Source: Heptranchias perlo
Taxonomy: Eukaryota
Assembly (NCBI RefSeq): GCF_035084215.1
Contig: NC_090348.1
Span: 35,836,001-35,900,000, forward strand
DNA length: 64,000 bases
Direction: 5' to 3'
Shown here in pieces: positions 53,612 through 64,000 of the stretch (positions are counted from its first letter, which is position 1; each line of letters starts with the position of its first letter). Under the pieces are notes generated by a model, which was not told the DNA's origin, ran no database searches, and saw only the letters and a program-made list of their open reading frames with translations. The position numbers were made by a program, and so were the translations under genes.

Positions 53612-56600
53612 CTGAAACAATCAAGAATAATCTCTTATGAAACAAAAATCAGGAATGTGGACTCATGGAGTATTGGAGATAGTGAAATGAAAGGAACCCG
53701 TACCCTCTCAAGATAATAAAAGCATTTAGGAAAACATGGGAAAAAGTTAATTTCTAACATCTGCATTTTACGCATGATTGGGATTTTATTTTGAGTTTCT
53801 GCACCGAAACAAAAGATGAACAAAAACAGAAACCACAACTAAACCCTATATATTTTTTACACAAAGGTGATTAGACTTCAAATTGTGCTATATTTTCCAG
53901 GTAACATTTTGCAGTGGGTGGACTGTATTTATTGTGCTGTGCATTTAAAGTAAAGCTTTAATTGATGAGTAATGTTTTTCAGAATTCTATACAATAGAAA
54001 CAAATTAATAGTTTGGTAAATTATTGAACACGACAATATATCAAAGTACATCTATCCCATACAAGGTACACTGAAGAACACAAAATCTTCAAGACTATAT
54101 GGATGAGCACAACTGCTCAAGTAATTAATAGGCATGTAAATCCTTCACACCTTTCAAAATATTGCTAGTATAAAAGAGGCCAATTTTTTTTTGCTTCAAA
54201 ACTGACTTCAAATTGGGATCCATTGCAGAAAAGAAAAGCACATATTAATCATGCAGATGATAGTGAGTATCTTCTAAGGCATATCACACTATGATAGTGT
54301 GATTAGTAATTAGAAATGACTGTGCATTTAGTCCTAACTGTCAACACCAACCCTGTGCACTTCTCACATTGCAAAACTCGATAGTTTACAACCAGTGATT
54401 GACTAATTTAATATCCTTCCATTAGGTTTATCCGAGCCCAGATTTTTCTGGGGTGGGCAGAAAGAGTAGGGAGCATGGTGCAAAAATACTGGGGAAGCAT
54501 TCAGAGCTTGCAGTGCTGCATAGTCACTGGCGGTTCAGGACTTGCATTTCTTACTATACATGAAGCATCTTTAAAACTAAACTGGCCAGACAACTGCATT
54601 AATTAAATCAATATACTGTACTTTTCAGTCATCCACAGGTATTGATTGGCACAACATTACAAACAGGATGTTTCACAAGTATAGTAGATACAAATATTTC
54701 TGAGTTGTTTGACCAATACAATCCATACCTTTCCATTTCTGGGAGGATGGGTTGTCAGGAAACAAAAGTGCCCTCCAGTCCCCTCCGTAGAATAAACTCT
54801 GTGCCCTAATCTTCAGAACCAAGGACCACTTTGGATTTTCCACTGGGTCCATCCGCCTTATTAACTTTCCTAATAATTTTGTGAGGTTACCATTTTTTTT
54901 CCTGAGATATTCTAACATCTGCAGACCAACCCACCGCCCCCCCCCCCCAAAATTCATGGGGGGAAATACTGCACCAAGTGTTGAACTGCTGTAAAATCTT
55001 GGGAGATCTTCTGAGAACGAAATCAGTGGCTCACTAGCGATAACACTAACAACGTTTTGTGTGACTTTTTGGTTTGCTGCACAGAGCTTATAGCTCACGG
55101 CAATCAGTTTACAGTGTGCAGCTTTGTGAGGGAAAATAACTGTAGACGTGAAGTAAATCAGGTGTAGACAAAAAGACAAAGGCGCACCGACATAGGCAAA
55201 CAGAATTTCAGACCAGAATCAGAGAAATAAAAAGAACTGTTGGAAAAGACACAGAACGGAGGATAACAACTAAAGTGCCCTGTAAATTGAACATATCAGA
55301 ACACTTTACAAGATGGAGAATGGCTTTTTCTCATCCTTCAATTTTTCTTGTATCTTTTATGATCATGGTGGAAAGACTAGCCTCCACTCAGAAAAGAATA
55401 AGCAATAATCTAGGTCAGAGGAGCAGAAGGTGATGCTTGGGATGTGCAGCTCGAGATGACAGCTGAGGTATGATTGGGCAGAGGCCTCACAGGATTCAAA
55501 AATCTCCTTGGGGAGGGAGGAGGGCATGAAGAATGGAAGTTTAGAACTAAAACAGCCATCTGTGGCAGACTTGGTAATCTAATGACAGGTCCACAGTACT
55601 CCAGGGCACAGTGATGTTTCACCAGCCAGTCTGGCTCACTAATGGAACATGGAAGGGTAAAGCTATCATCAGGGCTCGGATCCTTCCCATGTGGCTCCAG
55701 ATAATTCTGGGTCTGCCAACTTGTGTCTAAGCTCTATAAAGAGTTAGGTATGGGAAGTGTTTGTGTACTCTGTATAGAGTAAAACAAAATTCTTCATGCG
55801 GACACTTTGTAAGAAGAGATATGTTTTTACATTATTCTAATACAGAACAGCTAATGTAGACAGAATTGGTTTGATCGACGTGCTCGCAAATCCTGCCTTT
55901 TCTCCTCAATGACATGGATAACATTAAAGAAGGATGAAGTCATTGAAGACATTGGTCAGCCAAAGACATTGTTCTGTATCTAGGCACATAGATTATTAAA
56001 TAAATAAGCCATTTGGATAATATGGAGCTAAAAGGGTTGTTAGGTTCAAACATATATAGACTTTTAAAACATAGGCTTTTGATCACAATGGGGAGTACAA
56101 CAAGAGAATTATTGCAGTATACATAGGTTCCTTTTACGATAGAGCATAACATTAAAGGTTTATATAACAAAGTATATGACTCAGGAAAAGCAAGAATAGG
56201 AAGTAATGGTCAGGTGTGACAAGACATGAGGACAGATTGTCCAGCAATCTGTTCGATGATCTAAGAGTCATGAAACATCCAATAGAGTTTGACTCCAGCA
56301 GGAAGCCAGACAATGGAAGAAAATGGTATAAAAAGAGATACAACGTTTCACTCAGTAGGAACTTTCACCTACCTTCAAGACCAGGTAGCGTGAATAGGCT
56401 TGGATGAGCCATTTTCACGATTTCCCACCAAATCCTGTGCACATAAATTTTAGATGCAAGGCTGATGTATATTGTTCTGTATGGGGTTTTAAGATTAATT
56501 TTTTGAAACAATAACTGCAATTAATTATCAGACATATTACTGTCTCTAGCTTTTCGAATGTTAAAAAAGGAAGGAATTATCCACTACACTTCTCAGTAGT

Positions 56601-57454
56601 TAAGTTCAGAGACTTTTTTTGCATTTAAATTTAGTTATTTTTCCAATAGGTTTTTTTAAAGACATATTAGCATTTCAATTTTTGCAACGTACATATATTT
56701 TATAAAGTCTCAAGTGAAGTTTACTACATGGTACTTTGAACTGCAATGTACGACTCTGAGACAAACTGGCAGTGAGCGCCAAATAGCCAACTGACCAATA
56801 AATACATTTGAAAATAAAAGATGAGTATCATGAAATTGATATCCTCTAAGATTGGAGGCAATAGACTTCGTGCAGGATAGAGGTGATGAGTGTGTGAGGT
56901 TTAATCAGCATGGAGGCACAGAATGAATAACGACAGACAAAGAGTGAACCACAATGCTTATATAGCTGTACTTTCCAGTAATTTCTAAGGTGTCAGATGC
57001 AGATCTCATTGTGTGAGAATTCGCAGGTGTGAACCCATATGTATCAATCTATCTCATCGCGATTTTTCCTCCCATGAAGTCAGGTTAGCAAGCATTGTAC
57101 TTTTCAGAATTGTTGACAGTTTGCAGAATGCATCAAAATGGCTTTTAAGTGAATCAATCCAGTAATCCAATTTTTTTTAAAATTACTTTTCCATAAACCT
57201 TAATCTTTTACTATTTGTAGGGGCATGTTCAGTACATTCTGAACTACTGTAATTGTATTAGTAGCAAATTATACTAGCATCAACACCAGATACACATAAC
57301 CCATCAGAATGCTTCTTCCTTCATCTGTACATTTTACAAAACAAGAAATTAATTATATTTCTTATAGACTAAACATCCAATGTATTGGAAGTAAAAGAGA
57401 GAGAATTAAAGCATAACTAACTTAAAACAAATATAATTTAGGAAAAATACAATT

Positions 57455-57952
57455 TAGGAATCGCACTTTAGGAAAGATGTGAAGGCCTTAGAGAGGGTGC
57501 AGAAAAGATTTACTAGAATGATTCCAGGGATGAGAGACTTTATGTGGATAGACCGGAGAAGCTGGGGTTGTTCTCCTTGGAACATAGAAGATTGATAGGA
57601 GATTCGATAGGGGTATTTAAAATCATGAAGGGCCATTGGCGGAAGGGTCAAGAACCAGAGGACATAGATTTAAAGTGATTGGCAAAAGAACCAAAGGTGA
57701 CGTGGAAATTTTTTTTTAAAACGCAGCAAGTGGTTAGGATCTGTAATGCACTGCCAGGGGGAGTGGTGGAGACAGATTCAATATGGCTTTCAAAAGGGAA
57801 TTGGATAAGTACTTGAAATAAAAAAATTTGCAGGGCTGCAGGGATAGGGCGGGAGAGTGGTACTAGCTGGATTGCTCTTGCATAGAGCCGGCACAGACTC
57901 GATGGGCCGTTTGGCCTCCTTCCGTGCTATAATCTTTCTATGATTCTATGAT
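57455..57952 (+). mobile_element. CR1 3' fragment
   Basis: FRKDVKALERVQKRFTRMIPGMR remnant; tail ctatgattctatg. Confidence 0.88.
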
Positions 57953-58554
57953 AATTGTTGAGTCAAAATCGTTAAGCCTGCAAAGTTGTTAAACATACTG
58001 CTCTTTATTGCCCACAAGTGATCAGCAAGATGTAGAAATTGATGTGCTCCCTCAATATGTTTGACTAGTGTTCTGGGCTGTTGTAGTAGGGACATTATTT
58101 AAACTGAATAAATATTTGGAAAATGAAACTCCTTCTGTTAATAGTTTTAGTGAAATACTGGCTAGAATTTCTCATTTTGTGCTCACACTGACTTCTTCCC
58201 GTTGAGAATTTTACTGAAAAATGTTACTCTCAGTTAAGTTTGAAAAAAAAGTTGTGCCTATTTTTAAATGATTACAATTAAGTTCCTTGTTTTGAATTAC
58301 TGAGCTTTGTTCAAGTTTTCTATAGGATTGAGGTGCATATCATATCAATTAATTAACAAGTAAATTTTGTACCGTCAGAAAAATATAATCTAGGTTTTGA
58401 ATTTAGATGGTTGAGTAATATCAAGTAATTTTTGGAAAAATAGTAATCAAGGCTATCATGAACACCATATATTGGAATGTGTCTTTTCTACTGTACAGCA
58501 ACACCTATTACACAGAGAAAAATTTGATACAAACGCATAGAGTTTGATTCTTAC

Positions 58555-58626
58555 CTTCCAGAAACCACCAGTGTGCCATCATCCAGTAAATAATCAATTA
58601 CATTTTGCGGCAGTGGGAGAATAATA
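58555..58626 (-). CDS. CDC123: CDC123 exon 2
   Basis: Acceptor ttttacag, donor GTAAG; encodes IILPLPQNVIDYLLDDGTLVVSGR; 72 nt. Confidence 0.97.
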
Positions 58627-60819
58627 CTGTAAAACAAGAAACAATATGTAAACAACTTAAAGGTCACACGTACATCCGGATCAGTGAAGGAAAACCAGAG
58701 CTTCAGATTTTTAATAAACTTCCCCTATTTCAAAGCAGGTTTACTTTATTTTCAAGGAAACTATGTTTGGACAGTAACAAAAACAAATTACAGTTTCATT
58801 GCACAGGTCTTGCTTTTCCCTTTGCCTGTATTGCTAATTTATAAAAAGGACATGATGTCAGAATACTAATTTGCAATCTAGTTCTACTTCTAGAAGTGGT
58901 TTGACCATTCTTATAAATCCATATGCCTAGCTGCCTGATATACTGATTGCAGCTCATTTTGCATGATCGCTTTAAAAAATGAAATAGATTTTAATGTTTT
59001 ACTTGTAATTCCCAACTCTGTGCTGGGGTATTATGGGTTGTGGTGAGCTCTTGTTTTCTTTGTATTTGTCCACTTGTTACTGTATACACAATTTCTACAA
59101 GAATGGTCCAAGTAGCACACGTTATACTGGGTTACAAAATATTTAGAATATTAAATATTATGCTGTATTAGCAATTTGTTAACAAATGTGTAATATGGCA
59201 TAAGGGGATTTTTAACCAGAGGACCTAGCACAACGAATAAATGAGTTAGTAAGCAGGAAAATGTTGCTGCCCGCGTCAGGGAAAAAATAGTCTAGCACTC
59301 TGAATTAGCGTAGAATTCAGGATCTGGTTTAAGAGTACATTAATGTCTTTTTAAAAAAAAAATCTATATTTTTGTATGAGTATTTGTGCTCATGAATGGT
59401 AGTGATTGTCTTACTGCTGGGCACTGAATTACTCTTCCCTTTTTGCCCTTTAGGATCAGCAGAGAGCATTCCCAGTCCAAGTATAATAAAGATCAGATGC
59501 AGACTAAGTTGCTACTACTCTGTCCAAACATATTCAACGTCAGCTCCAGGACAGTTCCAACTGGACCAATATGAATTTGCTAGTTCCCACATCAGCTCTG
59601 AGTGCGCCAATTTATGGGCAATTCTGTGCTGTGAATCCATACGGTGTAGAAATGGATTAAGGCTCCTCAACTGACTTTCATCCAATTAGTCTGGGCTAGA
59701 TTTAAACCCAGGTCCTACAGGTTAAAAGACTATTTCATTGTCAAATCCAGTGTACAATTCAAATAGTCATGTTCAATTATTGTCTGTGTAGAGGCCTAGC
59801 GTGTTGGCACACCTGTGCACTGTGCAACATAGTGGCAGGAAGGTGTTCCACTTTTGAATCTATATACAGTAGGTGATATGAGCAGCAGTCATCGCCACAA
59901 GAATAAGTGGGGGGAAAAAGCAGACAGGTCCCCCTTGTCCACACATGCACATCTCTAAATTACAGGATCAAGAGAAGCAGGCTATTTATTTGAACAAGGG
60001 ATGGTTCAAATACACTGAGAAATAAATCTAAAAATGAGGTAATGTTTTACAAGTAAGTCAGTTATAGATATTGTAAATCAAAATGGACTAACCAGTCAAA
60101 TAACTTGCTCCATCAAGAATAAGAAGCCCAACATACATCAAAATTTGACAAGAGGAATGGAATGACACCTAGTGACTTATGCACAAACCATTCTAACAGA
60201 ATGTATTTAATTAAAACACATTAGTTTGCATTCTTTTGCTTGAGCAATCTCTAATTGAAAGATTTATAATAATGTTACAATTGAAAAGCACTACTCTGTC
60301 ATTTTAAAAAAAATAAAACCTTCTCTGGTACTCAGCTGATACTCAATTTACTCTGATCTAACATCACTGATGAAATATCCCTCTTCCTTTTATGCAACAC
60401 AGAAAAAACTCATGGGTTGTAACCAAAGATACAAACTCCAAATGGTGGATAGCTTTAAAACCGTAAATAGCACACCATGAAAGATCTATAGGTGTGTACT
60501 TGAAGTTACAATGGGTAGCCGGGGGCGGGGGTGGTGGAGTGGAAAGGAAAAAGAGGGAGAGAGAATCTGGAATCTGAATGACTGCAAACTCCAGGTATTA
60601 TTGCAACTTTATGACATTCACATGTTTTATGCTTTGTAACACACTTCCTGTCTTCAGTTATTCTCGTCAGAGAAGAAGAATGTATTATGCATCAAGAAAA
60701 GATTATTCAGCCCAGCAAGTCTACTTCTTCAAACAGACCATCAGCACTCTGATGGACTCTCCCCAATTTATTTTATTTCCTGAGTGGCATCAATAAATCC
60801 TGGTGGAACATCCAAAATA

Positions 60820-60960
60820 ACATTTTCAAACTCTTCTCTTCAAGACCAGTCCTGATGAAGGATTCCATCCAAAAGGTTCACCTGTCTTTTCTCCTCAGAT
60901 GCTGATGCATCTGCTGTGTAGTTCCAGTATTTTCTGTTTCTATTTCAGATTTCTGACAGT
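60820..60960 (+). mobile_element. Penelope-derived element with a mutated hammerhead core
   Basis: cCTGATGAaGGATtccATCCaaaa followed by cagatgctg..ttccagtattttctgtttctatttcagatttc, related to the right arm of the 1074 element. Confidence 0.6.
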
Positions 60961-61872
60961 GATTTTGTATCTTTTTTGTCACAAAAGTTTCAACTTTTCC
61001 TACCTGTGATGCTGATAAGTTATGTAGCCTTTGTATTCATTATTGTTTCCTAATTTGCACTTGCATTATAAAGTGATGAATGCAGATATCTCCTCCAGCC
61101 TTAGAGCTGCTGTGTTGATTAACCTTTTATAAAAGCCAGGCAAATATCTAGTCAAATGGGATTGAGTATTATCATAACAACAGACAATTATGTACAAGTG
61201 CTTTCAGATATTCAAGTTGCTAGCATAATGGAAGTGTCATGTTAAGGAAGGTGACTGGATAAGGTTGCAAGATTTGATGCATACTTTGCAACTTTGTACA
61301 TTTTATTTCTTTTTGAGGGGTGGAGGAAAAAGGAGAAACTTTGCAGAGCCCTTGTTGAGGCAATTAAATGGTTGGGTACAATTCATGATAAAGCAGATTG
61401 TATCAGGTCTGCAGAAGGAAATGACCTGATAGCTTTGCTTTCTTACAAACTTTTGGACTATCACCAAAACACACTTCTCTTTGAGTCACAAAGAGACTAT
61501 GCTATTTTCTTACAACCATCAAAAATCCATTTATACTTAACACCAGCCCACACTACTGCTACTCTTTAAAACAAAAGCTGGTTTCCCTGTGTTATTGATG
61601 CATTTAATTTCAGCTCTGAACTTTGCTCACAATCACACAACAGCTGCAGTGCTAACCAGTCTGGTTATCTTATCCTACCCTCACTCATTCACTGGCCTTC
61701 CAACCAGAGGGGAAATTTTATGAGGACAAAAATTAACCAAAGACATTAGGTTTAGCCAAATTGGATGGTTGAGTGAGGGAATCCAGGCCCTCATAAGCTT
61801 TGGGTTGACAGAAAACACAAGGAATAAGTCACAGGTGGAAAACAGCTATTCAACCATTGAAGCTAATGCCTC

Positions 61873-62075
61873 AACAACAACTTGCATTTGTACTGTGTCT
61901 TTCATGTAGAAAAGGTGCTTCACAGAAACATAATCAGACAAGAATTAACACCAAGCCAAAGGAGGAGTGACTAAAAGTTTGGTCAAAGAGGTAGGTTTTA
62001 AGGATGGTCTTAAAGGAGGAGGGAGGGAATTGCAGAGCTTAGGGCCTACACAGCTGAAGGTACAGCCGCCAATGA
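61873..62075 (-). mobile_element. L2 3' tail fragment
   Basis: Reverse complement of the 47160-47416 L2 tail. Confidence 0.75.
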
Positions 62076-62159
62076 AGGGAGTGAAGGGATTTTGGGACAC
62101 AGAAGTACCTAAACTCTCCCATCACGGCATCTGAACATAGTGGAAATAACCACAGTTCA

Positions 62160-62366
62160 CTCATAGAATGATACAGCACAGCAGGAGGCTATGCGGCCCA
62201 TTGTGCCCGTGCCAGCCCTTTGAAAGAGCTATCCAATTAATCCCAGTCCCCTGCCCTTTCCCCACAACCCTGCAAATGTTTCCCCTTCAAGTATTTATCC
62301 AGTTCCCTTCTGAAAGTTATTACTGAATCTGCTTCCACCGCCCTTTCAGGCAATGCGTTCCAGACC
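62160..62366 (-). mobile_element. CR1 3' end close to the CDC123 exon 1 donor
   Basis: tcatagaatgatacagcacagcaggagg..aagtatttatcc..gaatctgcttccacc. Confidence 0.85.
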
Positions 62367-62434
62367 GCTTATCCTGTGCAATAAGCACTAAAAGCGCGCT
62401 GCAGGAACCATACATGGGGGGGGGTGTCACTCAC

Positions 62435-62508
62435 CTCTTAATGGTGTACTTCTTAAAGAGCGGGTACCACACCGACAACTGACACCTCAGTACCTGCTCC
62501 TTCTTCAT
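62435..62508 (-). CDS. CDC123: CDC123 exon 1 (eIF2 assembly factor, ATP-grasp protein)
   Basis: ATG at 62508 gives MKKEQVLRCQLSVWYPLFKKYTIKS, close to human MKKEHVLHCQFSAWYPFFRGVTIKS. Donor AG|GTGAGT; 74 nt. Confidence 0.96.
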
Positions 62509-62509
62509 T

Positions 62510-62660
62510 CTCACTGACGCAGCTCAACTTCCCTCCGTCGGAAGTGTCCGGCTCTCAAACCATTCCCCCCAGTCCGCGTGAGAGGATGGGTGGGGGAGGC
62601 AGAAAAACGCCTCACCGCCGGAGAACGAGGCATCGTCGCCAGTGAAAAGTTCCGAGGTGT
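62510..62660. promoter_or_regulatory. CDC123 CpG-rich promoter with ETS/GABP-type sites, probably bidirectional
   Basis: CGGAAGTG at 62539-62546 and an inverted ACTTCC at 62527-62532; CpG-dense; no evident TATA box. Confidence 0.7.
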
Positions 62661-63419
62661 CTTGTATTTTATTCTTTTCGATCATTCTTACTGTATCCTC
62701 TCAGTTATTGATACAGTACCAGTTTATATTTAGTTTTTAAAAATCACGTTTTTTTATTTAATAAAATAGAGGGGATTCAAATAATTTGACGATTTTTTTT
62801 ATATGCCGGGTCATCAACGGCAGAGCCAAAAGAAAAAGCGCGAGTGGCAGGTATGCAGTGGGACAGGCTGTGTGTGAAATTTTAATTTAATTTTTAAATC
62901 GTTAATCATTATTTTTTTTACAATGTCTAGCGCTGTTATTACGGGAGGAGGGGGAATAGTTTCACTTCTTGTTAATTTCACGGAAATCTCCCCTTCAAGT
63001 TCCTTAAGGCTTAGTTTGACGTAAGAGAAGAAGTGACGGTTTAAGGGAGAATTGATTTATTATTATAATTATTAATCGCAAATTATTTAAATTATAGATC
63101 AGTTTTCTCTACCTTGTTAATTTTATTGTCATTGTGGATGTTGGATCTGTATAATGCATTCAGTTAATATATACATATTCTCTAGAGGAAAAATAAACCC
63201 CTAGGTGTGTTCAATTAGTCTTTTGTGTCAGACTTGCCTTTTGTTCAGATTGTTTTTATGGTATTTAAATTCTCTATTTTCTTTTCAATCGCACTCAATT
63301 CAATTTTTGCTTAAACTTCAGTGTTTTAAAGACTGTCATTTTTGGCCTTAGAATTCTATTTAATAATATTCATATTATCACATCAAAAAACTTCAAACTG
63401 TGAAGTGCAGTGCCTCTTA

Positions 63420-63695
63420 TCCAGCCATGAACATCTGGCAAATAGCAATAAGATGTATGATTAATCAATCTTTCTATGGTGTTGTTTGGTTGAGGGAGGA
63501 ATGTTGGCCAGGAATGTGGGAAAATGCCCTGCTCTTTGAAGAGTGCCCTAGGATCTTTGACATTCATGAGGACAGGTAGAGGGTACTTTGGTTCATTGTA
63601 TCATTGAAGTGATGGCACGTTGTCAGACAATGCAGTTTTGTGCTAAAATGTCAGCCTAGTTTCTAAACTCAAACCTCAGTGTAGGGCCCAATCTT
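63420..63695 (-). mobile_element. Shark SINE fragment (SacSINE1-like)
   Basis: ttggttgaggga..atgttggccagga..ccctgctctt matches 12600-12800. Confidence 0.65.
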
Positions 63696-64000
63696 ACAAT
63701 GTTCTGATTGTGAAACAAGAACTGAGCCAAGGAGACACACAAATAAATATGTTCTTCATTACTTTGAGGCTTGGCTTCTCTAATTTTCCCCTCGCTGGAC
63801 TTTTCCATGTAAGCCTTTCGACCTCAATCTTCCACATATTACAACTCATCCCGAACTCCACAATCCATTCCCTCATCCACAGAAAGTCACATGGCTGTCG
63901 ACCATTGGCTCACCATGCCCTAGCAAATTGGCTTCAAGATATTCATCCTTGACCAAGATTTTTAAATCCCTTCATGTCACATCTTAGTAATCTTCTCCAG

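Noticed and set aside
54673-55179. 168-aa minus-strand ORF in CDC123 intron 2
   Set aside because: Non-ATG start and no recognisable homology; the CDC123 model is complete without it.

Overview
Vertebrate genomic DNA, most likely from a cartilaginous fish (inferred from repeat families typical of sharks). The minus strand carries a complete 13-exon CDC123 gene: CDS 62508 to 31620, 1017 nt, 338 aa, all introns GT-AG. About 15.7 kb downstream, also on the minus strand, is the first coding exon of CAMK1D (15858-15767), so 1-15766 is CAMK1D intron 1. This matches the human CDC123-CAMK1D gene order. An ETS-motif, CpG-rich promoter at ~62.5 kb is probably shared head-to-head with NUDT5, but no NUDT5 coding sequence is visible. 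Non-coding DNA holds many CR1, L2 and CR1-group LINE fragments, SINEs and a TIR element. Most ORFs in the track are LINE remnants or noise. The most notable structures are: (1) a near-perfect 97-bp-arm palindrome with a 13-bp target-site duplication in CDC123 intron 5, carrying a Penelope-type minimal hammerhead ribozyme on each strand; (2) two older hammerhead-bearing relics of similar design; (3) a 10-bp stem that could sequester the CDC123 exon 7 donor. Repeat family names and human comparisons come from recalled sequences, not database searches, and repeat boundaries are approximate.
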